A model generated the notes under the pieces. That model did not search any database and had not been told where the DNA came from. It worked only from the letters and a program-made list of their open reading frames with translations. A DNA stretch of 64,000 bases from Octopus sinensis (Eukaryota): positions 24,366,001 to 24,430,000 of the forward strand of contig NC_043000.1 of assembly GCF_006345805.1 (NCBI RefSeq), in the 5' to 3' direction. Shown piece by piece: positions 12,790 to 24,895 of the stretch (positions within the stretch are counted from its first letter, which is position 1; each line of letters begins with the position of its first letter). The position numbers and the translations under genes were made by a program.

Positions 12790-13035
12790 GTCTTCTTGTT
12801 GAGGATGTAACATCTCTCTTGTGCTGGTGCCATGAAACGGTGCCCAGTACATTCTATAAAGTGGTTGGTGTTAGGAAGGGCATCTAACCATAGAAACCAT
12901 GCCAAAAATGGAATGTGAATGGGATAAGGTTCCCAGACCTATCTAGGTGGACAGTACCACCGAATATGTGCTGACAAACCATCCACCCCATGTCAACATA
13001 GAAAGTGGACATAAAACATTAATGATAATGATGGT
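12790..13035 (+). mobile_element. Family C RTE-type tail
   Basis: gctggtgccatgaaacggtgccc...gtggttggtgttaggaagggcatc...gaaagtggacataaaac...atgataatgatg. Confidence 0.7.
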
Positions 13036-14771
13036 ACACAGCCTGTATAACTTGGTTAAATTGACCTCACTGCTTGACCGGCATCAATTATTTTATGTTT
13101 TTACTTTATTGAGTGGACTGACAAAATTGTTACGCCATTGGCCAAACTATCTTACAGCTCTGAGTTCAAGTCCAGCCAAATTTAGGTTTGTCTTATAGCT
13201 GTTAGAGTTTGATAAAATGAATGATCAATCTAAGAACTGAGTCTGACTAACTCTGTTTCCCTACAAATTTCTGACTTTGTACTTGTAGAGGAGATTCTTA
13301 TTAAGGACGAAAGAATGTTAAGAGCATTATTAATAATAATACAGGAAGGACAGTAGGTAGAAGCTAAATTCAGGACACGTCTAAGAATATTGATCAAAAA
13401 TACAGTCAAATTGTCTTGTAGGGATAAAAAATAGCTGATTAGATTGGCCCAGTGTATTACTGGTATTTATACTATTGACTTTACCAGGGTGAAAGATAAT
13501 GTCAACTCACATGAAATCAGATCAGTGACGCAGGGTACGAGTCAGATTAAAATATTTTACTTTGGCATTTCACAGATTTGGTTCAATTACAGAGAGAATC
13601 AGTTTAAAGTATAAAGTGATCTTGAATAGGATGTCATTTTGTTTCTGAAAACTTCAAACACATGAACAGAATCAGTTTGCTCTGCTTCATATTTCATTTG
13701 AGTTCTGTAGTCTGTTGAGTCAATTTTTGCACATATTTTAGTAGCTAAGTTGCTCACATCCTGACCAAAGTCCATACACATTTACACACACATATATACA
13801 TATATGTACACAGACAGACAAACACACACATATATAAATATATATATGTACACACAAGTATATAAATATACATATCAAATGATACTAAAATACATATTTT
13901 CACCATTATTCTTAAAATTGCTTCAAAATAGCTTTAGGATCAATGGAATGTGGTGACACTGCAGTCAAAGGTATTGGCTATAACTCCCCCACCTCAAAAT
14001 TATTGACCTTGTGCCTAAATTTAAAAACTACACACAAACTTACATTATAAACACACACACATACATTATACACACAGATACACACAAACATAAATTATAA
14101 ACACAGTCAGATATATTTGCACTTACATGTATGTACACATATATTTATATGGAAAAGTCTGATAGTGACTTCGAAGTTTCAGCAGTCATTGACTTATCTG
14201 ACAAAGCTGACCACTGACAAAAGCATGAGGTCATTGGCATGAGTTGAGCAGTTTTTCTGAGGCATGGCTTTATGGCAGAGTGACCCTCTCATCATCAACT
14301 CATTTAGTTTCCAGCAAATCCAAAGTATCTATCCATTCTAAGACCAGGACACATAAAGTACACTCACACACACACAGAGGAGAAATCAAGTAAACAGAAG
14401 CATAAAGCAAAACTTACCAGGTGTAGAGGCAAAAAAGAAAGTGGAAATGAGAGGTGTGGCAGTAAGAACCATTCAAGGGATCCAGTCAGTTGAGGAGGCA
14501 GTAAATAGTAAGGTGTAGGTAGAAGAGGATCTGATAATGTAAACTTTAGCTTGTCTGATGTTGTTCCTGTTGCTCTCTTATAATGGAGACGAAATAGGTA
14601 CAAACAAACGCTTACACACACACACACACTTAAATATCAAAGTCTGTCTCTTTTATTCTAAATCATAGTTACGTTTATGTAATATCTTTGTAAGTGATTT
14701 GATACCATAACTGCTTGCCCATCATTTTTGTCTTTTTATGAGATATAACACACACACAAATACATACATAG

Positions 14772-14807
<36 letters not shown>

Positions 14808-14929
14808 ATGTGTGTGTGAATGTAGGCAAAGGACTCTCAAATACAGTGCATGTTGTCTTTCTAGCAGAGAAAAATCTAACCTACTCTCCTCATGGTAAAT
14901 AGTTACTACTACTACTACTACTATTACTA

Positions 14930-15440
14930 CTACTACTAGCAGCAAGTAGTAGTAGTTTTTAATTTAGGCACAAGGTCAATAATTTTGAGGTGGTGGGGAG
15001 TTATAGCCAATACCTTTGACTGCAGTGTGATCGCATTCCATTGATCCCTGAGGAATAAAAGGCTAAGTTGACCTCGGCAGGATTTGAATTCAGAATGTAA
15101 AAGAGCTGAAAGGAACACTGTTGAGCATTTTGCTCAAGCATGCTAACAATTCTGCCAGCTCACCATCTTGCTTATTATTAATAATAATAATAATAATAAT
15201 GTTTCTAATATAGGCACAAGGCATAAAATTCAGGAGAGGAAACTAGTTAATTTTATTAACCCCAGTACTTGACTCTATTTTATCAACCTCACCACGACCA
15301 TGACCACGACCACCACCAAACAAGAGAGAGGTTGAAAGGTAAAATTGACTTCAGCAGCAAACTCCACTCTGGTGAGATTTGAACATAGAACATAAAGATA
15401 CATAAGACAGTAATTGTTGGCACACCAATGATTTGGCCAC
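14930..15440 (-). mobile_element. Stack of two or three SINE family B copies joined by (TAA)/(TAG)n
   Basis: Repeated ggcacaagg...aagttgacctcggcaggatttgaattcagaa...ttctgccagctcacc separated by aataataat. Confidence 0.75.
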
Positions 15441-15924
15441 TTGCTGTCCTAATAATAAAACTTTCTGTTCCAAATAACCATTTTTTTTCTTAGTGCTTTA
15501 TAATTTTTACAGCACCTGTTATTTATTGATCTGCATCTTTTGGTAGAGTGAAAGGTGTGTGTAGAAGCTATAATATACACACCCAGGACCAATTAATTCA
15601 GTCTTTACTTTATCTTAATGAGAAGAGAGAAGATTCCTTATCAAATATCTTGACTTTGAGAAATAATTTAGTTTAGTGTTTACAGAGGTGAATTTGCTTT
15701 AAATTTCACCGAATGGAAATAAAACATAAAAGACTCTATCTGTCTGTCTGTTTCTTTCTTTCTCTCTCTCTCTCTCTCTCTCAAGCAACAAAAAATTACA
15801 CGGTCTTGAAATAAGAAACTGACAAAATGATGACAAACGGCGGGGCAAACTGTTTATTTCACAGGTGAAGATACCTGACATGTAGGTGAGAAAAAAAAGC
15901 AAGTATTTATCTACTGAGTAAATA

Positions 15925-15958
<34 letters not shown>

Positions 15959-16554
15959 TTATATCGCAAGTAAACACATACGCAAGGTGAGAAAAAAGAA
16001 ATTTTGCTTCTGTTACAGGTGAAGATATTTATTGCATGGCATCAGGCAATGTGTTTATAACACACAAATGAAAGCAATCAACACAAAAATTTAAAACACG
16101 TTCACACAGTGCTCTTGTATATAATTGCCATAGTTCACGTACTCATTTTATAGAATTAAACCAAGATTAATATTTCATGTAATTAATTACAGATTTAATT
16201 CTTAGATTTCATATAATTATTGTATCATTGCTTAGATTTCATACAGTTACTATAGCTATACATATATTTCACAAGTATTGAAATGAAATATGCTTATATT
16301 TCATATAATATCTTAATGCTTATATTCTGTATAATTCCTTACCAATACTTATATTTCGTATACTTTCTGTATCATCATACATATTTTATACAATTACATA
16401 AGATTACAATATTGAGTAGCTTTCTGTATCAAACATCAAGCATAACATGAAACCATTTTTAGCAACCAAACATGAGATGGAACAACTTCCAGTAACTAAA
16501 CATAAATTGCAAAATATCAGCTTTAATACTATTATGAATAATATAAGGCAACAC

Positions 16555-16745
16555 ACTCTTTAGCATTTAGATTACTCAGTCAAATGTAACATTTATTTAT
16601 TCACATTGTTTTCAATTAATCATGCTTTGTCTTGTAGATGTGTTTTTTAGAATGACATTGCAGAGTAGGTGAGAGATGCTGAATCTGGCTTGTTTGAACA
16701 TAGAAAAAAGTAGAATATCTGGGCCAGATATGGTAAAGGATTAAA
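16555..16745 (-). mobile_element. piggyBac-type MITE, family P2, degraded
   Basis: ctctttagcatttagatt...ttagaatgacattg...ctgggccagatatgg; reverse-complement similarity to 59580-59799. Confidence 0.55.
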
Positions 16746-16979
16746 TCTTTTAATAGTGTCCCACCTGAAGCCACCCCGGTTTTTTATGATACAAAACCTA
16801 TTTTAGACTTCATATTTAATGTAAGGCCTTCCAGCGTATTACTATTCTAGTATGAAGAGATACAACAGTATCCGATGACTAGTAACTATTGTGGCTACTA
16901 GTGTAAAACAGTAACTATAGTACAATGGCAGTCACACATCACACCAGTGGGAGGAATCCACTTTATAACACACACAATG

Positions 16980-17130
16980 ATGATTTCCACACAGTTTCCA
17001 TCTTCCACTCACAAGGTATTGGTTGTCCCAGGGCTATAGTAGAAAACACTTGCCCAAGTTGCAGTGCAGTGGAACTGAACCTGAAACTACACAGTTGCAA
17101 AGCAAGCTTCTTAACCACACAGCCATGCTT
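16980..17130 (-). mobile_element. SINE family A head and core
   Basis: ggctatagtagaaaacacttgcccaag...ggaactgaacc...cttcttaaccacacagcca. Confidence 0.8.
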
Positions 17131-17609
17131 AACACTCGAATAAACTCAGCAATAAATTCAGATAAGAGTTAATGTAATCTGTCTTACTTTGAAGGACATA
17201 ATTCAAAGTGCTTGTAGCAAGATTTTCAAGACCAACAGTTAAATATCATTTCTGAAACTCTAATCCAATAATAATAATAATAATTTCTTTTTCAAGAAAT
17301 AAATACAATAGAATGCTGTCCATATTGTCAATAAATCATCTGCGACTAATGAAATAAATTGAATTTTGTTAAAAAAAATACTACGAATAAATATATAAAT
17401 AAATGGGAAAAACATACAAAAATCAATAATTCCATCTGCTGAATTGGAATAAACTAATATTGAAAAGCTTAAGGAAGTAAAAAAGAAACAACAGCAAAGA
17501 AACATTCGTTTTATATTATTTTTGATTCTAGTGATTGATAAGAGTTGAGAGTAGATGACGGAGACATATATGACAGGTTTACCAAGGTAGACTTATAGGA
17601 CAGGTTTAT

Positions 17610-17840
17610 GAGGAGTTTAGAGAGAATTACAATTTATTTATCAAGGTGGTTTGATGTGTGTAAACAGAGAGAAAAACCAAGAAGTTAATGACGTTGTAAG
17701 ACGAGTTTTACAGGGGTGGTTTCTAAGAGGGGTTTGCGATGGGGGTTTATATGAAGTAGTTAGGAGAGAATTACAATATGTTTGTCAAGGTGGTTTGTTG
17801 TACACAAACAGAGAGAAAATCAAAAAGTCAACGACATTGT
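17610..17840. repeat. Imperfect direct duplication, about 140-bp period
   Basis: gagagaattacaat...tcaaggtggtttg...aaacagagagaaaa occurs twice (about 17620 and 17762). Confidence 0.7.
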
Positions 17841-17939
17841 GTTCCTTTTACAGAAAAAATCAAACAAATTGGTGATAGTGGTGGTGGTGGTGGGGTGGGG
17901 GAGAGCAATAAGTGGTGTCCATCTTTAACTATGTCACAC

Positions 17940-18160
17940 GGCGAGCTGGCAGAAACGTTAGCATGCTGGGCGAAATGCGTAGCCATAATTCATCTGTCGT
18001 TACGTTCTGAGTTCAAATTCTGCTGAGGCCGGACTTTGCCTTTCATCCTTTCGGGGTCGATAAATTAAGTACCAGTTACGCACTGGGGTCGACTTAATCC
18101 CTTTGTCTATCTTTATTTGTCCCTTCTGTGTTTAGCCCCTTGTGGGTAGTAAAGAAATAT
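17940..18160 (+). mobile_element. SINE family B monomer with tail type 1
   Basis: ggcgagctggcagaaacgttagc...gagttcaaattc (B-box)...gcctttcatcctttcggggtcgataaattaagtaccag (resembles the Sauria-SINE/Meta central domain, recalled)...tgtgggtagtaaagaaat. Confidence 0.9.
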
Positions 18161-18599
18161 ATGTCACACTTCTTTCACATTCTTAGCAACCAACCCATCC
18201 TTTCTACTCCTCAACCCAATCTCTTTCTCACTTATATTCACCTTGTACCTCGAGAGTACACTTTCACCATCTCTCTCTCTCTCTCTCTTTTTTGTTATGA
18301 AGCCATGTATCTTCTCTTCATGAGGACAGCTGTTCTGGTCTCTTTATCATCCATCCACCTCCCTTAATTCTGCAACCCCACACAGTTGAGGGGTCTTGTC
18401 TAGTGAGTTACTTGTTGACCTCATTAGTGCCAGAATTGCACAAACACAAAAAACAGCCAATACATTCTGTGGAGAGGTTAGCACGAGGAATCGCATCAGG
18501 CTGTAGTAGCCATGTCAAACACACACTGGAACTTGATACGGTCCTCTGTATGGATGGTTCCTGTTGAACCATCCAACCTATAGCAGCATGGAAAGTGGA

Positions 18600-19213
18600 T
18601 GTTCAGTTTGGTTCACAGATGTTTTAGTTAATTTTTTTTAACTAAACAGTTTGAAACTTTGTATACTGGTGGAATGTCTCAAGCAGAACACAGCTTACTT
18701 TGAACATTTTTAACAAAATTTGGTATTTTAGAAGTTATTTCATGTTAAAATTGTCGTATTTGGGTAATTTCAACCAATCAATGATGTGTATTTGATTGAA
18801 GAAAGCTACTGCTGTTTGCAATAGTAATCGAAGAGGAACAACTTCCGGGGGAAAAAGAGTAAGGAATGTACAGTACTGACTAGAAAGGAAGAAAGGATAA
18901 AGGTGGCATTGTCTTCACTCGCCATACGAATAGAACAGAGAGGTGACATTTAGTAGAGATGACCTAGAAAATTGTTCCTCTTCGATTACTATTGCAAACA
19001 GAAGTAGCTTTCTTCAACTGAATACATGTCGTTGATTGGTTGAAATTACCTGAACATGACAACTTTAACATGAAATAACTTCTAAAAGATGAAATTTCAT
19101 CAAAAATGTTCAAAGTAAACCATGTTCTGTCTGAGACATTCCACCAGTATACGAAGTTTCAAACTGTTTAGTTAAAAAAATTTAATTAGAACATCTGTGA
19201 GCCAAACTGAACA
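18600..19213. mobile_element. Long-TIR non-autonomous DNA element, about 244-bp arms and 126-bp core
   Basis: tgttcagtttggttcacagatg...gaggaacaact (18600-18843) mirrors aattgttcctc...catctgtgagccaaactgaaca (18970-19213); sits in a family C tail; superfamily unresolved. Confidence 0.85.
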
Positions 19214-19309
19214 GATCCTGGAAAGCAGCCGTTAAATGGCAATAATGATGAAGATATTAGATACTAACCTACAAAACAACCATTCAGAAATATATCACTA
19301 TAAAGCAAT

Positions 19310-19690
19310 TTCAGCACAAGGGGAGCAATTTTGAGGGAAGGAGTTAGTTGCTAACATCAACCCCAACTATTTGACTGTTTCATTGACCCCTGAAGGGATG
19401 AAAGGCAAAGTTGACCTAGGTAAGATTTAAGCTAGGAATGTAAGGAGACAGAAGAAATACCACAAGGCATTTTTACCAATCTGCTAATGAATCTGACAGC
19501 TCACAACCTTCAACAGCTCCTAATTTTGGCACAAAGCCAATAATTCCAAGAGGGGAGTAAGCCAATAACCTTGATCTCAGTATTTGTATGGCACCTTATT
19601 TTATCAACCCTGAAAAGCATGAAAGGCAGAATTGAGGTTGGCAGGATTTTAACCCAGAAAGTAAAAAACCAGAACAGACATTTCACAGCA
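19310..19690 (-). mobile_element. Two tandem degraded SINE family B copies
   Basis: Two gggatgaaaggcaaagttgacc / gcatgaaaggcagaattgagg cores. Confidence 0.7.
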
Positions 19691-19754
19691 ATTTTTCCGG
19701 CACAAGAGAGTTGGACAAAATATGCCCGGTTCTATTCGTTTATTCTATAACCTG

Positions 19755-19886
19755 TGGCCATGCTGGAGCACCACCCTTAGTTGAACAAATCGACCCCAGG
19801 ACTTATTCTTTGTAAGCCTAGTACTTATTCTATCGGTCTCTTTTACTAAACTGGTAAGTTACTGGGACCCAAACACAGACACACAA

Positions 19887-19929
<43 letters not shown>

Positions 19930-20076
19930 GCTTCTTTCTTTTTCTGTCTGCCAATCCCCTCACAAGGCTTTGGTTGGCCTGAGGTTATAGTAGAAGACAC
20001 CTGCCCAAGGTTCCACAAAGTGGGACTGAACTTGGAACCATGTGGTTCAGAAGCAAGCTACTTACCTCACAGCCAC
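19755..20076 (-). mobile_element. SINE family A with internal deletion and (TA)n linker
   Basis: gtggccatgctggagcaccacc...aatcgaccccaggacttattc...; head gtgggactgaacttggaaccatgtgg...cacagccac. Confidence 0.85.
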
Positions 20077-20406
20077 TTTGTTATTTTTTCCTTTTTTTCC
20101 TACGTTCTTAGTTCAAACCCTGCCAATTTCAACTATTGGTGCTGATAAAATAAAGAACCACTTAAGTACTGGGTTGATTGCATTGACTAATATACACCTC
20201 TCAAAATTGTTGGCCTTGTACCTCAATTATTAAGTTGCCAAGGTTGACTTTGCCTTTCCATCTTTCAGAGTTGATGAAATAAGTACCAGTTATACACTGG
20301 GGTTGATGTAATCGTCTTGGCCCCTCCCTCGAAATTTCAGTTAACTATCATTTCTCAAACACTATAGTAGAAAGGATTATTATTACAATTATTATTATTA
20401 CTATTA

Positions 20407-20762
20407 TTATTACCTTCGCCTTAACGAAGGCGGAGGCATTGCTTTCAGTTGTGTTTGTTTGTTTGTTTGTCTGCGGACAAGATATTTCAAGGACTGCTGG
20501 ATGGATTCGGATGAAACTTTCAGGGATGTTTAGCCTCGTGACTAGCACAAACTACTTAGATTTTGGGATCGTTCCAGTACCGGACAAGGATTCTGGATTA
20601 TTTTTCTGTTTTTTTACTTAAATTTTGAGAGCAGTCAGGTTCCTTTTTAGCATTCTTGTTTGTGCGAGCATTTGAGTTTATTTAAGATATTCTTATTTTA
20701 AAAATCATCTCCAGCTAATCATTGGTGTTGCCTTGGTGGAGTTTTGCACTCTCTGAGTGCTC

Positions 20763-20766
<4 letters not shown>
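20407..20766 (+). mobile_element. Helentron-associated (HINE/DINE-1-like) non-autonomous element
   Basis: 5' ttaccttcgcc...ggcggagg inverted motif, (gttt)n microsatellite, 3' ccttggtggag sub-terminal repeat and gcactc-tct-gagtgc hairpin, inserted among TT/(TTA)n. Confidence 0.75.
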
Positions 20767-20784
<18 letters not shown>

Positions 20785-20799
<15 letters not shown>

Positions 20800-21000
20800 C
20801 TGGCACCCATGCTGGTGGCATGTAAAAAAGCACCTGTTACATTCTCAGAGTGGTTGGCATTAGGAAGGGCATCCAGCTGTAGAAACCATGCCAAGTCAGA
20901 TTGAATCCCAGTGCAGCTCCCCAGCTTACCAGTTTTCTGCCAAACTTTCCAACCCATGCCAGCATGGAAAACAGACGTTAAATGACGATGATGATGATAT
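20785..21000 (+). mobile_element. Family C RTE-type tail
   Basis: gctggtggcatgtaaaaaagcacc...ggttggcattaggaagggcatccagctgtagaaacc...aacagacgttaaatgacgatgatgatg. Confidence 0.85.
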
Positions 21001-23785
21001 CAAGCAAAATTGCTGGCTCTCTGGACAAACAGTTTAGTGACATTTCTCTTTGCATTGCGAGTTCAAATTTCTGCTGAGGTCAACTTTGCCTTTCATTCTT
21101 TCGGGATTGATAAAATAAAGTACCAATGAAGTACTGGTGTCTATGGCATCAATTAATCCCCTCCCCTCAAAATTGTTGACTTTGTGCTACAATTAGAAAC
21201 ACTTATAATATTTTTTTGTCTTTATTAAATAAGCCCAGCTCTATAAACAGAAAATTAAAATTTTTATTGTTCAGCAGCAATGTATTACGAAAAACACAAA
21301 AATATAAAGAATTCTATCAAAAATGAGTCATGTTTTTTTCTATGCTCCTTTCTGTAAAATAATGTTTTCTTTAACTATACAAAGAAGAGGTATTTCAACG
21401 AATATTAAAACTGTTAAGGAGACAGGAACAAATAATTACCATTGTTAACAAACAGGAAACAATCAAAACTAATAATTTTATTTATTCATTTATTTTGATT
21501 TAGACAATTAGTCAATAGCTAATTAAAAAGAAAAAGAGAGACGGTGACTAAACCTGAATAAGAGGTTGTTATGTCCCTTGAATAAACCACATTATGTAGA
21601 AAATAATATTTATTAAGGAAGCGTTTAACGAAAAATAAGAAGGAAAAAATTGATGTTTACAAATTCTTTACAATAGTAAAATAATAATTATTATTAACAA
21701 AATATCTGAAGAAAATTTGATCCAATTAAAAAAAGGAGGAGAAAAACATTTCTACAAGAAACTGATGGAAACAAGGTGCAACTAAAAGTTATTTCCCTTA
21801 GAGTATAGAACTCATAAAATATAATTTAATCAACGAGAAAGAAAAATTGGCCACGTATTTATTCTAATATAATTCCTTAAAATTTTGTTTATCCAGACAG
21901 GAAAATATAATTTACTTTAATAATAGCTACTTTTCAAATAATTTTTTCTTCTTTAACTGGCGCTATAAAAACGTATCGTATTTTGAAACCCATCTGTGCA
22001 TGTCACAGAAAACCGAGTTTTAGATTTGCTGGTGTTACATTCCTGACAATAACATCTGTTCATTTCTCTCAAGACCTTATTTTGGTTACAGTTGGAAGTA
22101 ATAGAATAAAACCAGTGTTCTTTTCTTTCCCTCTCTCGTTTGCCAGAAATATGGTGATATTATAACAAGCTATTCAATGTAGTTATATAAGTGTTAACAT
22201 ATTTCATGCAGGAAATAAAAATAACCAAAAATGCAGCAAAGGAAAGACAACGAAGGCTTAATGACTCGTATTTTAGTCTAGAAAGTATGGGAGGCAACTG
22301 CAAACAGGCTTCCTTATTATTAGACCTCCTCAGCTAAGTATAGACTTTACTTATAAATACTCAAATCAATCGTGACTGAGTTGGCCAATAAATTGGAGTT
22401 GTTCCTGTGATAATCACTTTATTTCTGTGTCAGAGAACAATGTATATCTATATCTAGATTATTTAATGTGACATTTAATTTTGAAGGCCATAAGATTTGA
22501 TTTTAGGAAGATTTTGCTGCTATTTCTAGCAGGTTAAGTGATCACATAGCGGTTTCCTTTTGCAATGATGATTTGAAATATGATAAGCATGTATTTTTTT
22601 TGTTGGATGTGGATTGGTTTTAAGGAATTTCTTTTCCACTGAGGGAGATTTGGCTGCTACATCTAGCTAGTTGACCTATCATGAAGAGATTTTTTTTATT
22701 GAGACAATATTTTATAATAGAGAAACAGAAATAATGATGGTGATAATGATCTTTGATGATGGTAACAACAGAGATATAAGGATAACGAAGACCTTCATAA
22801 TTAATAATTAAGGCTCTGAAGATGATAATAATGATAAAAACATTCCAGCCATGACCATCCCTTCTAAGTTTATCCGGTACTATATTATCCACTATGTCCT
22901 TCCCTTTTTAAAGAGATAGGTCATGATTTGAGGAAGGTTTAGCTTCTATTTCTACCAGATTCAGGAACTGCATAAGGTTTCCTCATTAGCACTGGTAATT
23001 TGAAGTCAGACATTTTTTTTGTTTGTTTTTTTATGTAGTTTTGGTTTTAAGAAATTCCTGTTCTTCTGAATCAGCAAATATTCTTTGTGTATTTCCAAAA
23101 TATACAATTACATAGACATTTGCTTCTTGTTCATTGACTTTAAATGGCTGAAAGTTGGTAGGGAAAAAAAAAAAAAAAGAACATCACATGGTGTTGCCAA
23201 GAATTATCTCATTTCAGATTAATGTCAAGTGACTTGGGTACTTTCTGGTGAGGAAAGAGGGACCAGGGTGAAGGGCAGGGAATTGTGGTAGGAATGAGGT
23301 GACTGTTTGGCAGTGGATGGTGTGAGAATGATAATCTAAAGGGAAAAATCAAACTGTCAGTCTTTTTACTCCTTTTTACAACCCATCCCACAGAAACATA
23401 ACAGTAACTAAAAGACATAGAGAAAACATTCATATATACATTATAATTCAAAGACCCAGTTTTCAACAGCCTACTGTATGATGCATGAAATTTGATACAA
23501 AACAAAGATCAGCATCAACATTGTAGGGGAACATCATACTTGGAGTGTAATAAAACAAAAAGGGGATAAAATATACATTATTGACTTTTTTTCTATGTAC
23601 AAAATGTGGAGGTCACATTATATTCTTCTCCCTTGTAGGATATAAAGTAAATACATAAATACAACAAAGGGTCTAATGTGTTAAAATACCATTATCTAGA
23701 TGGAACATAAATTTAGAGTATATACTAGTCTGTAGCTGCAGCTAATAATGATGATGATGATGATAACAACAATAATAATAAAAAT

Positions 23786-24156
23786 AACAAGAGCACTCAG
23801 AGAGCGCAGACCTCCACCAAGGCAACACCAATGTCCTCTCAATGATTAGCTGGAGATGATTTTTAAAATGAGAATATCTGAAATAAACTCAACTGCTCTC
23901 ACAAACAAGAATACTAAAAAGGAACCGGACTGCTCTCAAAAATTAAGCAAAAAAAAACACGAAAAGAAATTCAGAATCTTTGTATGGTACTAAACTGATC
24001 CCAAAATCTAATCAGTTCGTGCCAGTCATGAGGCCAAACATCCCTGAAAGTTTCATCCAAATCCATCCAGTGGTTTTTGAGATATCTTGTCCATAGACAA
24101 ACAAATAAATACAACTAAAAACAACACCCCTGCCTTAGCGAAGGTGGTGGTACTAA
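23786..24156 (-). mobile_element. Second HINE-like element, same family as 20407
   Basis: gagcactcagagagcgcagacctccaccaaggcaacacca...aaactttc homology...gccttagcgaaggtgg is the reverse complement of the 20407 layout. Confidence 0.75.
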
Positions 24157-24663
24157 TAATAATAATAATAATAATAATAATAGTAATAATAGTACAATGC
24201 CAGTAATTTTGAAGAAAATAGGGTGGTTAGTGCTTCACTGGTATTTTATTCTATGAACCTTGGATGAATGGATGAAAGGCAAAATTGACCTTGGTGGAAT
24301 TTGAATTCAAATATAAAGAATCAGAAGAAATATCACAAAACATTTCTTCTGATGATCCAATGAATTTGTCAGCTTGCTGTCTTTTTGTTAAGGATAACTT
24401 TGCTGTAAAAAGCAAAGTTGTCCAAAGCAGTTTGAACTCAGAACATAAAGTGCCAGAACACAAACTGCAAAACATTTTGTCCAACATTAATGATCCCTGC
24501 CACTTTGCCCTCTGATGAGCTTATTGAATACAGTACTCAGGTATCCTACAAATCACTGGAAGAGGGTAAAAGAGAGGATGGAAAGCAGAAATAATTTTAA
24601 GAAAACCAGCAAATGTCTTTGCTTAGCAATTACTAAAGAAAACAGTAACATTCAAAGAAAAAA

Positions 24664-24895
24664 GGGCAGAAGCATTAGCATGCCGGGTGAAATGCTTAGC
24701 AATATTTCATCCGCTGTTATGTTCAGAGTTCAAATTCCGCTGAGGTCGACTTTGCCTTTCATCCTTTCAGGGTCGATTAAATAAGTACCAGTTACACACT
24801 GGGGTTGATGTAATCGACTTAATCCTTTTGTCTGTCCTTGCTTGTCCCCTCTATGTTTAGCCCCCCCCCCCATGTGTGGGCAATAAAGAAATAAA
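24664..24895 (+). mobile_element. SINE family B monomer with tail type 1
   Basis: gagttcaaattccgctgaggtcgactttgcctttcatcctttcagggtcgattaaataagtaccag...gtgggcaataaagaaat. Confidence 0.88.

Noticed and set aside
14168-14215. Minus-strand gaaacttcgaagtc, like a hammerhead stem III and cleavage site
   Set aside because: The upstream CUGANGA core is not present (cagataa) and stem I cannot be drawn.
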